A stretch of 64,000 nucleotides of DNA, taken from assembly GCA_039808005.1 (NCBI GenBank), contig JBDHSG010000003.1, positions 38,629-102,628 on the forward strand. The letters run 5' to 3'. A program made the position numbers and the translations under genes. The stretch is from Brachymonas sp. GTDB taxonomy: Bacteria; Pseudomonadota; Gammaproteobacteria; Burkholderiales; Burkholderiaceae_C. Positions 1 to 12,143 of this stretch are shown here, in pieces (within the stretch, counting starts at the first letter, position 1; the number at the start of each line of letters is the position of its first letter). The notes under the pieces were generated by a model. It did not search any database, was not told where the DNA came from, and saw only the letters and a list, made by a program, of their open reading frames with translations.

Positions 1-354
1 CGCCTGCGGGCGCTGCGTAACCTGGTTCAGGTCCGCATCAAACATCCAGAGGGTCTTGCCATCGGCCACGATGGTCTGCAAAAAGGGTTTCTGGTAATCA
101 AAGCGGAATTGCTGGGGCCGGTTGAAGGCGAATTGTCCGCTGCTTGTTTTGGCCGCGCCGGGTTTGTCGGCATTTGTCACGGTCTGGGTGAAGCTGGCAA
201 CGCCGGAACGGGTGTTTTTCAGATAGTGGTCGAGCGTGGCCAGGCCATCGGCCTGTGCCAGGCTGACGCAGGCCAGTGCAACAGCCGGGACGGCCGCCAT
301 TCTGGCGCGGCGCCACATGGAAGAATGCACAAAAGTCCGGATCGTAGCAATCAT
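1..354 (-). CDS. lolA: Outer-membrane lipoprotein carrier protein LolA (5' part, runs off the window start)
   Basis: Not in the ORF track. Hand translation from the ATG at 354 gives MIATIRTF...SLAQADGLATLDHYLKNTRSGVASFTQTV...SGQFAFNRPQQFRFDYQKPFLQTIVADGKTLWMFDADLNQVTQ, the LolA pattern. An RBS-like GAGAGG lies upstream, and the gene follows ftsK as is usual. Confidence 0.88.
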   Translation of the reverse strand, partial: MIATIRTFVHSSMWRRARMAAVPAVALACVSLAQADGLATLDHYLKNTRSGVASFTQTVTNADKPGAAKTSSGQFAFNRPQQFRFDYQKPFLQTIVADGKTLWMFDADLNQVTQRPQA

Positions 355-425
355 CGGCAAACCTCTCTGTGAAATAAACGTGTGGGTACGTGCCCACTGT
401 GCGCCCCATTCAGGGCGCGGTCCGC

Positions 426-2867
426 TCAGTCATCCTGGCGTGCGGGCGACAGAATCTCCCGTTGCCCGTTGTGCCCCATGCTGCTGACCATGCCGGCCTT
501 TTCCATGTCTTCCAGCAGGCGCGCGGCGCGCTGGTAACCAATACGCAGATGCCGCTGCACCAGAGAAATGCTGGCCTTGCGGTTTTTCAGGACGACTTCC
601 ACGGCTTGGTCGTACATGGGGTCTTTTTCGCCGCCACCAAGGCCGCCGGCAAAATTTTCTCCTGCGCTGCCTTCTTCGTCGACGGTGCCGCCTTCCAGCA
701 CACCCTCGATGTAGTTCGGCTCGCCATGCTGCTTGAGGAAGGAAACCACCCGATGGACCTCCTCATCGCTCACGAATGCGCCGTGCACCCGCGTGGGCAG
801 GCCGTGGCCGGCCGGCAGATACAGCATGTCGCCCAGGCCCAGCAGGCTTTCCGCGCCCATCTGGTCGAGAATGGTGCGGCTGTCCACCTTGCTCGACACC
901 TGAAAGGCAATGCGCGTGGGAATGTTGGCCTTGATGAGCCCGGTGATCACGTCCACGCTCGGGCGCTGTGTGGCCAGAATCAGGTGGATGCCTGCCGCGC
1001 GTGCCTTCTGGGCCAGGCGGGCGATGAGTTCCTCGATTTTCTTGCCCACCACCATCATCAGGTCGGCCAGTTCGTCGATGACGATGACCAGATGCGGCAG
1101 CCGCTGCAGCGGCTCGGGGGCGTCGGGCGTCAGGCTGAACGGGTTGGGAATGGATTCCTCGCGTGCGCGGGCTTCTTCGATGCGGGCGTTGTAGCCCGCC
1201 AGATTGCGGACCCCCAGCTTGCTCATGAGCCGGTAACGGCGTTCCATCTCGCCCACGCACCAGTTCAGGCCATGCGCGGCCTGGCGCATATCTGTGACCA
1301 CGGGTGCAATCAGGTGCGGGATGCCTTCGTACACCGACATTTCCAGCATTTTGGGGTCGATCATGAGCAGGCGCACTTCGTCGGCAGTGGCCTTGTACAA
1401 CAGGCTCAGGATCATGGCATTGATCCCTACCGATTTGCCGGAGCCGGTGGTACCGGCCACGAGCACGTGCGGCATGCGCGCCAGATCGACGACCACGGGC
1501 ATGCCGACGATGTCCTTGCCCAACCCGATGGTCAGCAGTGATTTGCCTTCATGGTATGCCGTGGAGCCGAGGATTTCGCTCAGGCGGATGGTCTGGCGCC
1601 GCGCATTGGGCAACTCCAGTGCCATGAGGTTCTTGCCGGGAATGGTTTCGATCACGCGGATCGATACCAGGCTGAGCGAGCGCGCCAGATCTTTTGCCAG
1701 ATTGACGATTTGCGAGCCTTTCACCCCGGTATCGGGTTCGATTTCGTAGCGGGTGATGACAGGGCCGGGCATCGCCGCCACTACACGCACCTGCACACCG
1801 AAATCCTTCAGTTTTTTCTCGATCAGGCGGCTGGTCATTTCCAGCGTATCGTGGTTGACGCTTTCCTGGTTGGTAGCGGCCTCGTCCAGTAAATGCACCT
1901 GCGGCAGCTTGCTTTCGTTCGGGTCCTGGAACAGAACATGCTGGCGCTCCTTGGCCACGCGCACGCTGGGCGCAGCGGCGGTGGCTTTTGCAGGAGGAGG
2001 CCCGACCACCACGGGAACGGCGCTTTTTTCCTGGTGCTGCTCCAGTTCTTGTTGCACCACGGCTTCGCGCTGGCGTGCGGCTTCCTGTCCAACCGCCAAG
2101 TCATGCGCCAGTTCACGGCGTTCGCGTACGGCCGTGAACCAGCCATCCATCAGCGCGCCCAGCGATTCGGCCACCCGCAGCCATGAAAAACGGAAGACCC
2201 AGGACAAACCGGCCAGAACGAGGACGATGGCGGTTACGGCAGATCCGGTAAAGCCCAGCCAGCGGACGGCGGCCGGGCCGGCCAGCGCACCCACGACGCC
2301 GCCCGGGCCGTTTGGCAAGGAGGCGGGATTGATCGTGTACAGCCGGCTCCATTCCAGCACGCAACAGGCCAGCAGGAGCAGGAGAAGCGCCACGCCCCAC
2401 AGCAAGCGGTTGTGCCACAGGTGTTGCATACACCGCGATGGCTCTTCGACGGTATTCGCAGGTGGGGCCGCGCTGCTGCCGGTCTGCTGCATGGCCGCAA
2501 GCTGGCGTACGCCGACCCAATGCCGTAACAGCCGCAGCCAGGCGGCTGTCAGGGCGAAAAACAAGACCCAGATGCTGCGGCCCATGAAAAAAAGGCTGAT
2601 GTCCGATACCCAAGCGCCCGTTGCCCCCAGCCAGTTCGATGGTGACAGGCGGCTTCCCGTCGTGCTCCAGGCGGGATCGGCCGGATGGCGGCTGATCAGG
2701 GTGGCCAGCCAGAGCGTCAGCAGGATAAATCCGCACACCAGCAATATTTCCTGGCCGAAACGCTTGAATACGCGTGACAGCAAAGGCTTTTCTGCGGGCT
2801 TGGGTACAGGCGTCGTTCCGGTTCGTAGCAGATAGGGGGCAGGAGTGGTCATGGGGGCATCATCCAT
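426..2867 (-). CDS. ftsK: DNA translocase FtsK
   Basis: N-terminal TM helices, Walker [19 protein letters not shown] and [10 protein letters not shown] motifs, C-terminal gamma domain ([20 protein letters not shown]). The start may be 2852. Confidence 0.97.
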   Translation of the reverse strand: MDDAPMTTPAPYLLRTGTTPVPKPAEKPLLSRVFKRFGQEILLVCGFILLTLWLATLISRHPADPAWSTTGSRLSPSNWLGATGAWVSDISLFFMGRSIWVLFFALTAAWLRLLRHWVGVRQLAAMQQTGSSAAPPANTVEEPSRCMQHLWHNRLLWGVALLLLLLACCVLEWSRLYTINPASLPNGPGGVVGALAGPAAVRWLGFTGSAVTAIVLVLAGLSWVFRFSWLRVAESLGALMDGWFTAVRERRELAHDLAVGQEAARQREAVVQQELEQHQEKSAVPVVVGPPPAKATAAAPSVRVAKERQHVLFQDPNESKLPQVHLLDEAATNQESVNHDTLEMTSRLIEKKLKDFGVQVRVVAAMPGPVITRYEIEPDTGVKGSQIVNLAKDLARSLSLVSIRVIETIPGKNLMALELPNARRQTIRLSEILGSTAYHEGKSLLTIGLGKDIVGMPVVVDLARMPHVLVAGTTGSGKSVGINAMILSLLYKATADEVRLLMIDPKMLEMSVYEGIPHLIAPVVTDMRQAAHGLNWCVGEMERRYRLMSKLGVRNLAGYNARIEEARAREESIPNPFSLTPDAPEPLQRLPHLVIVIDELADLMMVVGKKIEELIARLAQKARAAGIHLILATQRPSVDVITGLIKANIPTRIAFQVSSKVDSRTILDQMGAESLLGLGDMLYLPAGHGLPTRVHGAFVSDEEVHRVVSFLKQHGEPNYIEGVLEGGTVDEEGSAGENFAGGLGGGEKDPMYDQAVEVVLKNRKASISLVQRHLRIGYQRAARLLEDMEKAGMVSSMGHNGQREILSPARQDD

Positions 2868-3309
2868 CCAATGGCTCGGCCGATAGCCTTCTCAGCAAAA
2901 GAAAACACATCCGTAAAGGCCCATAACTATGCATCAGACAAGCAACTTTCAAACGCCACCGTGTTTGCATTGTGCCGCATGGGCGATAAAAATACTGTAA
3001 CCGGATGACGCAAGGGCTCCACTGGAAAAATAGGTGGACGGTTTGCGCGTCATGGGTGCGGGCAGCCCGGTTTCTTTTTCAGAGCGATGCTTGCGGGCCG
3101 AAAGATGGGTATTCGTAAGGCCATGCGGGGATGTATGGCCCGAACCCTGGTTTCTTGTCTACCGGGTATCGATATTGTTTGTTTTGCGCAGTCCATCCAG
3201 GATGGACTGGGCGTTTCATCCAGGCGCCTGCGTCAGCGGGAAGGCTGTGAAAACTGTCTGGCCCCAAAACCGCTCACGCTTGCGGATAGGGCGATGATCA
3301 TGGTTCAAG

Positions 3310-3981
3310 CTAACCCAGCGACTGCCCGCCTTTGAGCAGGAAGCTGCCGTCCTCTTGTTTGACGAGTACGCCGGTTTCCTCGAAATGCTTCATTACGCGG
3401 CTGACCATTTCGCGCGATGCGCCCACCATCTTGGCTACGTCCTGGCGGGATACTTTCGTGCGCAGGACCCTGGTGCCATCAGCCTCCTGCTGGGACAGTT
3501 CTTGCAGCACGTTCATGACTCGGCCATACACGTCCATCAGCGCGAGAGAGAGGATCTGCTTGTCGGCTCGGCGCAGGCGGCGCACCAGGCCGCGCATCAC
3601 GGCGTCGGCCATGGCGATGTTTTCACGCAGGCAGCGCAGGAAGGCCTCATGCCCCAGAACCAGTACATCGGTCTGTGTTTCGGCACGCACCGTGGCGGAA
3701 TGGGGTTCGCCATCGATCAGGCTCATCTCTCCGATGCAGTCACCGACCTCCAGCGTGGCCATGATGACTTCGCGCCCGCGCTGATCGTGCGAAAGTACCC
3801 TCGCCTTGCCGGAAAGAATCATGAACAATGCGCCAGAAATTGCGCCCTGTTCGACGATCAGGTCTCCCCGTTTGTAGCGTTTCTTGTTCATCGTGGCGGA
3901 CACGATGCTGGATTGTGCGGGGGACAGATCGCTGAATAGCGGCACGCGGCGTATCAGGTCGATGTTGGACACGATAGTCAT
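3310..3981 (-). CDS. Crp/Fnr-family transcriptional regulator (CRP-like)
   Basis: cNMP-binding domain (GEMSLIDGEPHSATV) and a C-terminal HTH with a CRP-like recognition helix (SRQDVAKMVGASREMVSR). Confidence 0.93.
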   Translation of the reverse strand: MTIVSNIDLIRRVPLFSDLSPAQSSIVSATMNKKRYKRGDLIVEQGAISGALFMILSGKARVLSHDQRGREVIMATLEVGDCIGEMSLIDGEPHSATVRAETQTDVLVLGHEAFLRCLRENIAMADAVMRGLVRRLRRADKQILSLALMDVYGRVMNVLQELSQQEADGTRVLRTKVSRQDVAKMVGASREMVSRVMKHFEETGVLVKQEDGSFLLKGGQSLG

Positions 3982-4021
3982 GAAAAGCTCCCGATGGATG
4001 CACAGTCCCGGTTATATGGCG

Positions 4022-4037
4022 TGTGATTCTATTCAAA
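4022..4037. promoter_or_regulatory. Candidate CRP-type binding site
   Basis: TGTGA-ttctat-TCAAA, one mismatch from TGTGA-N6-TCACA, 40 bp upstream of the Crp-family start in the AT-rich crp/trxB divergent region. Confidence 0.35.
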
Positions 4038-4136
4038 TTACAACGAATGCATGATTATGGACGAAGGTTGCAACAAAAAACGCAACATGGCGACCATGCA
4101 AAACAATATATGAAACGATCAAATATGTCATGGTAA

Positions 4137-5180
<1,044 letters not shown>

Positions 5181-5246
5181 TGACACCAAGCAGGCGGCAA
5201 TGCCGCCCTCCCATTCACAATTAACTGACTCCAAGGACTGTCGATC

Positions 5247-5606
5247 ATGAGCGGCCTTCCCAACTATCTGGAACACACCCGAGCCATTTCGTCTCATCTG
5301 GCCACGTTGCGCGGCGATCATCCCGATCTGATGAAAGGGTTCAATGACATGGCCGCCGCTGCCACGCGCGATGGTGTCCTGTCGAAAAAGACCAAGGAAC
5401 TCATCGCGCTGGCATTGGGCGTGGCGGCGCATTGTGACGCATGCATCGGCTTCCATGCCAAGGCGCTGGTAAGCCTTGGCGCCACGCTCGAAGAAGTGGA
5501 AGAGGCGCTGGGCATGGCGGTATACATGGGCGGCGGCCCCTCGCTCATGTATTCCGCCAATGCGCTGGCGGCATTCAAGGAATTTCTGGCGCAAAAAGGG
5601 GCATAG
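5247..5606 (+). CDS. Carboxymuconolactone decarboxylase / AhpD-like protein
   Basis: KTKELIALALGVAAHCDACIGFH, the CMD/AhpD CxxC signature. Confidence 0.9.
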   Translation: MSGLPNYLEHTRAISSHLATLRGDHPDLMKGFNDMAAAATRDGVLSKKTKELIALALGVAAHCDACIGFHAKALVSLGATLEEVEEALGMAVYMGGGPSLMYSANALAAFKEFLAQKGA

Positions 5607-5707
5607 GCTGTCGCTTCTGCTTGCCGGAAAGAAGAGCGTTCGCTGGACGTTCTCAGGGGCGCAAAGCGGTCACGCACACATACGGCCGCGTTGGACGCTC
5701 GCCGGCT

Positions 5708-6568
5708 TCAATCCGCTTGAAAAGACTGCCAGCCCTGCCAGACGGCATTCGGTGCCAGTTGCACCGGGGTATCGATCTGTGCCGGCTCGATGCAGACGAA
5801 ATGGTGCCATGCATCCGAAGGCAGGTCCGGCAAGCAGCTACAAAGCGTTGCCCCGGGATTCCAGACCACGGTTTGGCCAAAGCTGGCCGATTGATGCAGG
5901 CGTAGCCGCTGCTGTCCGCAGACCAGCGTGGCAGCAAAAGCCGGATAGACGCGGTCCAGCTCGCCGGTGAACCCGATGGTGCCTTGCTGTACAGGATGAG
6001 CGGGTGCGGCGCCGGGGACGGCATCGCGATACCGCAGCCCTTCAGCGCCCGCGATGTGGGTCTGACCAATGGCATCGACAGCCAGGTATCCATGGAACGC
6101 GGCCGTGAAAGGCATGGGCATGTTGCCAGTATTGCGCACCTGCAGATGCAGGGTGAGCTGGCCGGGGGACAGTTGCACCTGCAGCGTTGCCTCGAAGGCA
6201 TGTGGCCACAACGCCCCGCCTTGTGCGCTGTGCAGGAGGTGCTGCGGCACGTCGGTGTGGCGCAGGCGCAGCGTGGCGGCATTTTCTTCTTGGTGCTGCA
6301 TGTTCCACGCCAGCAGCCGCGCGAACCCGTGTTTGGGCAGAGCGTCCAGGCGGTTGAATTGCGGCCAGCACAATGGAATGCCGCCGCGAATGGCGTAACG
6401 GCCTTGCGCCACGGCCTGCCAGTCGATTTGCGGGCTCAGGTACAGGCGTTCAGGGCCATTGGCCGTGCGCCACGACAGCACCTGGGCGCCGTGCAGTGAG
6501 ATGAGAGCCGTGTCGCCCTCGGCGGTGTGCAGCCGGCAAAGCGGCCATGCGGCGGGCACGGCGGCCAT
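5708..6568 (-). CDS. D-hexose-6-phosphate mutarotase (aldose 1-epimerase family)
   Basis: HGAQVLSW, AIRGGIPLCWPQF, HGFAR, FHGYL, VVWNPG and FVCIEPA motifs. Confidence 0.87.
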   Translation of the reverse strand: MAAVPAAWPLCRLHTAEGDTALISLHGAQVLSWRTANGPERLYLSPQIDWQAVAQGRYAIRGGIPLCWPQFNRLDALPKHGFARLLAWNMQHQEENAATLRLRHTDVPQHLLHSAQGGALWPHAFEATLQVQLSPGQLTLHLQVRNTGNMPMPFTAAFHGYLAVDAIGQTHIAGAEGLRYRDAVPGAAPAHPVQQGTIGFTGELDRVYPAFAATLVCGQQRLRLHQSASFGQTVVWNPGATLCSCLPDLPSDAWHHFVCIEPAQIDTPVQLAPNAVWQGWQSFQAD

Positions 6569-6577
6569 GACGGATTT

Positions 6578-7327
6578 TTATTGAGCCTGTTCGAGCAGCT
6601 GGTCGGCGCGTTCCTGCGCGGCGGCAAAGTCCAGGTCGCCGCTGTAGATGGCGCGGCCGCAGATCACGCCTTCGACGCCCTCGTCGGCTACGGCGCACAG
6701 CTTTTCGATGTCTTGCATGTTGCTGAGCCCGCCAGAGGCGATCACCGGCAGCGTGCTGGCCTGGGCCAGTTTCACGGTGGCGTCGATGTTGATGCCGCTC
6801 AGCATGCCGTCGCGGCCGATGTCGGTGTAGATGATGCTTTCTACGCCCAGGTCTTCGTACTTCTTGGCCAGATCGCAGACTTCGTGGCCCGTCATTTTGC
6901 TCCAGCCATCCGTGGCCACTTTGCCGTCCTTGGCATCCAGCCCGACGATCACGTGTCCGCCAAAGGCGCTGCAGGCATCGGCCAGGAAGCCGGGATTCTT
7001 GACGGCGGCCGTGCCGATGATGACGTAGCGCAGGCCGGCGTCGATGTATTGCTCGATGGTGTCCAGATCGCGGATGCCGCCGCCCAATTGCACCGGAATC
7101 TCGTCGCCCATCTCCTGCAGAATTTCCTTGACCACGCCCAGATTCCTGGGCTTGCCGGCAAAGGCACCGTTGAGATCCACAAGATGCAGGCGGCGCGCGC
7201 CCTGGTCGAGCCAGTGCAGAGCCTGTTCCACCGGATCGGTGTTGAAGGTGGTGACTTTGGTCATATCGCCCTGTTGCAGGCGCACGCATTGGCCGTCTTT
7301 GAGGTCGATGGCGGGGATCAGCAGCAT
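6578..7327 (-). CDS. hisA: ProFAR isomerase HisA
   Basis: [31 protein letters not shown] and GVICGRAIY motifs. Start taken at 7327. Confidence 0.97.
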   Translation of the reverse strand: MLLIPAIDLKDGQCVRLQQGDMTKVTTFNTDPVEQALHWLDQGARRLHLVDLNGAFAGKPRNLGVVKEILQEMGDEIPVQLGGGIRDLDTIEQYIDAGLRYVIIGTAAVKNPGFLADACSAFGGHVIVGLDAKDGKVATDGWSKMTGHEVCDLAKKYEDLGVESIIYTDIGRDGMLSGINIDATVKLAQASTLPVIASGGLSNMQDIEKLCAVADEGVEGVICGRAIYSGDLDFAAAQERADQLLEQAQ

Positions 7328-7427
7328 GATCGTTCGGAGTTGTTGGGCATTGTGGGTTGAAGATCGGGCGTTTTGCGCCAGGCGTTGCGGAAATGCTGCC
7401 AGACGCTGGGCGCCCACTCATTTCCGG

Positions 7428-8075
7428 TCACGGTCTCCAGTGCAGGAAATTGCGATACAGCGCCAGACCGGCGTCGGCGCTTTTTTCAGGGTGGAACTGG
7501 GTGGCGAAGATGTTCTCATGCGCCACGGCCGCCGTGTACCGGCCGCCATAATCGGCTTCGCCCACGCTGTGCGATGCATGGCGGGGCGCGGCGTAATAGC
7601 TGTGCAGAAAGTAGAACCAGCTCTGGTCGGCGATGCCGTTCCATACCGGATGGTCCTGGGTGATGAATACCTGGTTCCAGCCCATCTGTGGCACCTTGAA
7701 GCGGCTGCCATCGGCCTGCAGCGAACCTTCGAGCTGGAAACGCCTGACCTCGCCGGGAATCAGGCCCAGCGAAGGGATGTCGCCTTCTTCGCTGCGATCC
7801 AGCAGCATCTGCATGCCTACACACACGCCAAACAGGGGTTTGCTGGCTGCGGCTTCCAGCACGGCCTGCATCATGCCGCTGTCGCGCAAATGCTGCATGC
7901 AGTCGCGCATGGCGCCCTGACCGGGCAGCACGATGCGTTCGGCGCGCTGAATCTGCTCGGGCTGGCGCGCAATGACGACTTCATATTCGTCGTTGGCCAC
8001 ATGCAGCACGGCCTGCGCAACCGAGCGCAGGTTCCCCATTTCGTAGTCAACTACGGCAACAACCGGTTTTCCCAT
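7428..8075 (-). CDS. hisH: Imidazole glycerol phosphate synthase, glutamine amidotransferase subunit
   Basis: GNLRSV, GVCVGMQ nucleophile motif, QFHPEKS. Confidence 0.96.
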   Translation of the reverse strand: MGKPVVAVVDYEMGNLRSVAQAVLHVANDEYEVVIARQPEQIQRAERIVLPGQGAMRDCMQHLRDSGMMQAVLEAAASKPLFGVCVGMQMLLDRSEEGDIPSLGLIPGEVRRFQLEGSLQADGSRFKVPQMGWNQVFITQDHPVWNGIADQSWFYFLHSYYAAPRHASHSVGEADYGGRYTAAVAHENIFATQFHPEKSADAGLALYRNFLHWRP

Positions 8076-8093
8076 CTCTGCGTAGGATCTTCT

Positions 8094-8705
8094 TTACAGA
8101 CAGCCTTTGGTGGAGGGGATGGCGTTCGCGCTGCGCGGATCGCGCTCCAGCGCCATCCGCAGGGCCCGCCCAAAAGCCTTGAACACCGTTTCGCACTGGT
8201 GATGGGCGTTGATGCCGCGTAGGTTGTCGATGTGCAACGACATCCCTGCATGGTTGGCCAGGCCCTGGAAAAATTCATACACCAGCTGGGTGTCGAGCGC
8301 GCCGATCATGCTGGCGGTGAACGGCACCTCGAACGTCAGACCGGGCCTGCCCGACACATCGATGACCACCCGGCTCAGCGCCTCGTCCAGGGGAACATAG
8401 GCATGTCCATAACGGCAAATGCCTTTCTTGTCGCCCACGGCCTTGGCCACGGCCTGTCCCATGGCGATGCCCACGTCTTCCACCGTGTGATGGCCGTCGA
8501 CATGCAGGTCGCCCTGGCATTGCACGCGCAGATCGATCAGCCCATGGCGCGCAATCTGTTCCAGCATGTGGTCGAAAAACCCGATGCCGGTATGGAGCTC
8601 GGATTTCCCGGTGCCATCCAGATTGATGGTGATGGAGATGTCGGTCTCAGCCGTCTTGCGGGAAATTTCGGCGGTACGCGCGGCGGGCGCGGAAGATGGT
8701 GTCAT
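8094..8705 (-). CDS. hisB: Imidazoleglycerol-phosphate dehydratase
   Basis: [38 protein letters not shown]. Confidence 0.97.
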   Translation of the reverse strand: MTPSSAPAARTAEISRKTAETDISITINLDGTGKSELHTGIGFFDHMLEQIARHGLIDLRVQCQGDLHVDGHHTVEDVGIAMGQAVAKAVGDKKGICRYGHAYVPLDEALSRVVIDVSGRPGLTFEVPFTASMIGALDTQLVYEFFQGLANHAGMSLHIDNLRGINAHHQCETVFKAFGRALRMALERDPRSANAIPSTKGCL

Positions 8706-8950
8706 GAACGCTCTTTCAATGGATCAGCCGCAATGGTGCGCATCATGCCATGATCTGCGCCCTTTGGGATCGATACCTGTCATTCTAAAAAATTTTGAGG
8801 CGTTGTTCGATGCGAGATCACCGGTGTTTGCGACAGCTTGCGGTACTGACGCAGCATTGCAACGGCAGGCGGCTACTGCGCCTGTTACCATTTGGCCGTT
8901 TGCTTTTTTCCTTTTTTCCCTTGAATGGTCATTTTCCAACGGAGCCCTGC

Positions 8951-10021
8951 ATGAGCCGCTTCTGGAGCCCGCTTGTCCAAACGCTGACCCCGTATGTGCC
9001 GGGCGAGCAGCCCAAGATCCCCAATCTGGTCAAGCTCAATACCAACGAGAGTCCCTATGGCCCTTCGCCGCTGGCCCTGCAGGCCATTGCGCAGGCCACG
9101 GGTGACAGCCTGCGTCTCTATCCCGATCCGAATGCCGATGTGTTCAAGTCTGCCCTGGCTGTGCGTTTTGGCGTACAGCCCAACCAGGTGTTTGTAGGCA
9201 ATGGGTCGGATGAAGTGCTGGCCCACGCCTTCATGGGTCTGCTGCAGCACGAGCGGCCCCTGTGGTTTCCTGATATCACCTACAGCTTTTATCCGACCTA
9301 TTGCCGTCTGTACGGCATCAAAAGCCGTCTGGTGCCGCTGGCTGATGATTTCAGCCTGCGCGCAGACGACTACCTGCCCAACGGCGAGGCGAGCGCGGGC
9401 GCCATTGTCTTTGCCAACCCCAATGCGCCCACAGGGCGTTTTCTGCCGCTGGCCGAGGTCGAGCGCATCGTGGCGGGCAACCCCGACGCCGTGGTGATGG
9501 TCGACGAGGCCTACGTGGACTTCGGCGGCCAGAGCGCGGTTGCCCTGGTCAATCGCTATCCCAACCTGCTGGTGGTCCACACCTTCAGCAAAAGCCGGGC
9601 CCTGGCGGGTTTGCGCATCGGCTATGCCATCGGGCACGCCGACCTGATCGAGGCGCTGGAACGCGTCAAGAACAGCTTCAATTCGTACCCGCTGGACCGG
9701 CTGGCTCTGGCCGGCGCAGTCGCCTCGTTGCAGGATGAAGCCTATTTCGCCCAGGGTTGCGCCAAGGTGGCGGCCAGTCGCGAGATGCTGGTGGCTGGCA
9801 TGCAGGCCCTGGGATTCGAGGTGCTGCCTTCGGCTGCCAACTTCGTGTTTGCCCGCCATCCACAGCACGATGCGGCGCAACTGGCCGCATCGCTGCGTGC
9901 GCAGGCCATTCTGGTGCGTCATTTCGCCAAGCCGCGCATCGACCAGTTCCTGCGCATCACCGTAGGCACCGATGCCGAATGCGATCGGCTGCTGACGGTT
10001 TTGCGCGGCCTGGTGGGCTGA
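8951..10021 (+). CDS. hisC: Histidinol-phosphate aminotransferase
   Basis: [33 protein letters not shown] and the PLP lysine in [14 protein letters not shown]. Start at MSRFWSP. Confidence 0.93.
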   Translation: MSRFWSPLVQTLTPYVPGEQPKIPNLVKLNTNESPYGPSPLALQAIAQATGDSLRLYPDPNADVFKSALAVRFGVQPNQVFVGNGSDEVLAHAFMGLLQHERPLWFPDITYSFYPTYCRLYGIKSRLVPLADDFSLRADDYLPNGEASAGAIVFANPNAPTGRFLPLAEVERIVAGNPDAVVMVDEAYVDFGGQSAVALVNRYPNLLVVHTFSKSRALAGLRIGYAIGHADLIEALERVKNSFNSYPLDRLALAGAVASLQDEAYFAQGCAKVAASREMLVAGMQALGFEVLPSAANFVFARHPQHDAAQLAASLRAQAILVRHFAKPRIDQFLRITVGTDAECDRLLTVLRGLVG

Positions 10022-10024
10022 TCG

Positions 10025-11977
10025 TCACATTTCGTCGGGCGGGCTGCTGGCGATCTGCTGCAGCTGGCTGATTTGCTGGCCCAGTTGCGCCGCCATTGCA
10101 AGGTCATGCCGGGCATAAGCCATGGCCTGCTGCTGCTTGAGCTGCTCTAGGTGCAGGGCATGGACATTGCGTAAAAACTCCCCTTGATCGGGCTCCACCA
10201 GCCGATGGTCTGACAGCATCAGGCGCTCGGCCAGCGCCAGCATGTCGGCGTGTCCGGGTTCCTGCAGCGCCATGCGCAATGCGCTCCAGGGTTGGGGGCC
10301 GTGCTGCAGGTATTGGCGCTCGATCCATGCAAAGCAGGCGCCATGCGGCGCGGGCTGTTGCAGCAATACTTCATGCGCAGCATGTGAGAGGGCGTCCCAG
10401 GCATGCGTGTCGGCCAGCAGGTGGCGCAACGCATGGTCTGCCCGGGTATGCAGGACCATGCGGGCGTTGCGCTGCCGCAGTTGGCGAGCTGGGCTGGCCG
10501 CAGTGCGCGCCGGCTGGCGGGCGGTGTAAGGGTGGGGAATTTCCGCTGCGGCCGGGTGGCCGGAATCTGTCCCGGAAGGCTGCGTCGCGTAAGCCGCGCG
10601 AGACTGCCCACGCGGGTGCGTTGGCATGCTGTCGCCCCACAGGGCTTGCAGGTCGTTGGCCGCTAGATGGACCAGACCGGCCAGTTCATCCAGCAACTGG
10701 CGCTTGAACACGCCTTCGGGAAGAGCCTGCCACAGCGGTGCGGCCTGGCTGGCCAGCCGCGCGCGCCCTTCGGTGCTTTGCAGGTCACAGCCTTCCTTTG
10801 CTGCCTCGATCACGAAGCGGCTCAGCGGCACGGCCTGCTGAATCTGCTGGGCAAACGCTTCGCTGCCGTGGGCGCGGATGTAGCTGTCGGGATCATGCTC
10901 GGGTGGCAGGAACAGGAATTTGACATTGCGGGTATCCGTGGCATAGGGCAGGGCGGCTTCCAGGGCCTTGCGCGCGGCGCGGCGGCCTGCGGCATCGCCA
11001 TCGAAGCTGAACACCACGCTGTCGGTGAACCGGAACAGCTTGTGCACATGCTCGGCGGTGCAGGCCGTGCCCAGCGTGGCCACGGCATTGGCAAAACCGA
11101 GCTGGGCCAGCGCCACCACGTCCATATAGCCTTCGGTCACCAGCGCGAAGCCGTGCTGGTGCAAGGCCTGGCGCGCCTCGAACAGCCCGTAGAGTTCGTG
11201 GCCCTTGCTGAAAACGGGGGTTTCGGGTGAATTGAGGTATTTGGGTTTTTCGTCGCCCAGCACGCGCCCGCCGAAACCGATGCATTGCCCCTTGACGTTG
11301 CGGATGGGGAACATGATGCGGTTGCGGAAGCGGTCGTAGCGGCGTTCTTCCGTTTTGCCGTCGGCTGCGCCTGAGGACGCATCGGCATGGTGCGGGTCTG
11401 AGGATTCCGTGTGATGGACGACCAGGCCGCTTTCTTCGAGCAGGGGATCGGCATAGTCGGCAAACACCGTGCTCAAGTGCCGCCAGCCGGGAGGGGCGTA
11501 GCCCAGGCCATAGCGAGCGGCGATTTCGCCGCTCAGACCGCGCTGCTTGAGGTATTCGATGGCGCGGGGGCTGGCCTTGAGCTGTTTCTTGTAGCTGCTG
11601 GCGGCTTTTCCCAGCACATCGGCCAGCGTGGCCTGCTGCTGGCGCCGGGCTTCGGCGCGGGCACGCTCTTGCGGGTTGGTGTGTTCCTCGGGCACCTGCA
11701 TGCCATATTGCTGGGCCAGTTCCTGCACGGCATCGATGAAGCCCATGCCGTTGTGTTCCATCAGGAAATTGATGGCGTCGCCATTCTTGCCGCAGCCGAA
11801 GCAATGGTAGAACTGCTTGCTTGGGCTGACGGTGAACGAGGGCGATTTTTCGCTGTGAAAGGGGCAGAGCCCGCTGTAGTTGGCGCCGGTTTTCTTCAGT
11901 TGCACGTAGCGGCCCACCACGTCGACCACATCGACGCGCGTAAGCAGTTCCTGAATGAAGCCGTGCGGGATGGCCAT
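10025..11977 (-). CDS. dnaG: DNA primase
   Basis: Zn finger CPFHSEKSPSF...CFGC, DRFRNRIMFPI, KYLNSPET, TOPRIM EGYMDV and FDGDAAG. Start at MAIPHGFIQ. Confidence 0.97.
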   Translation of the reverse strand: MAIPHGFIQELLTRVDVVDVVGRYVQLKKTGANYSGLCPFHSEKSPSFTVSPSKQFYHCFGCGKNGDAINFLMEHNGMGFIDAVQELAQQYGMQVPEEHTNPQERARAEARRQQQATLADVLGKAASSYKKQLKASPRAIEYLKQRGLSGEIAARYGLGYAPPGWRHLSTVFADYADPLLEESGLVVHHTESSDPHHADASSGAADGKTEERRYDRFRNRIMFPIRNVKGQCIGFGGRVLGDEKPKYLNSPETPVFSKGHELYGLFEARQALHQHGFALVTEGYMDVVALAQLGFANAVATLGTACTAEHVHKLFRFTDSVVFSFDGDAAGRRAARKALEAALPYATDTRNVKFLFLPPEHDPDSYIRAHGSEAFAQQIQQAVPLSRFVIEAAKEGCDLQSTEGRARLASQAAPLWQALPEGVFKRQLLDELAGLVHLAANDLQALWGDSMPTHPRGQSRAAYATQPSGTDSGHPAAAEIPHPYTARQPARTAASPARQLRQRNARMVLHTRADHALRHLLADTHAWDALSHAAHEVLLQQPAPHGACFAWIERQYLQHGPQPWSALRMALQEPGHADMLALAERLMLSDHRLVEPDQGEFLRNVHALHLEQLKQQQAMAYARHDLAMAAQLGQQISQLQQIASSPPDEM

Positions 11978-11984
11978 GCGGGCA

Positions 11985-11990
11985 ATTGTA
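11985..11990 (-). promoter_or_regulatory. -10 element (TACAAT) 7 nt upstream of the dnaG ATG, suggesting a leaderless transcript
   Basis: Minus strand reads TACAAT-tgcccgc-ATG with no SD sequence. Confidence 0.5.
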
Positions 11991-12143
11991 GTGGGGCGAG
12001 GTCGTTGGGCTACCGCCGGTAGGCGGGTGGCGTGACATGCTGCACGCGGGAGTCTTTTCTGTGTTCCGATGGCGCCTGGCTGGCCAGTCAACGGATACAG
12101 TTGGCATGTCCCGGAACAGGCAGTTGCCTGATGGAGAGCATGC

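Noticed and set aside
3079-3267. 62-aa ORF between crp and ftsK
   Set aside because: No RBS, no motif, and composition like non-coding sequence.
5247-5606. trxB plus AhpD-like gene as a novel redox pair
   Set aside because: A plausible but ordinary thiol-redox neighbourhood; nothing in the sequence indicates novelty.
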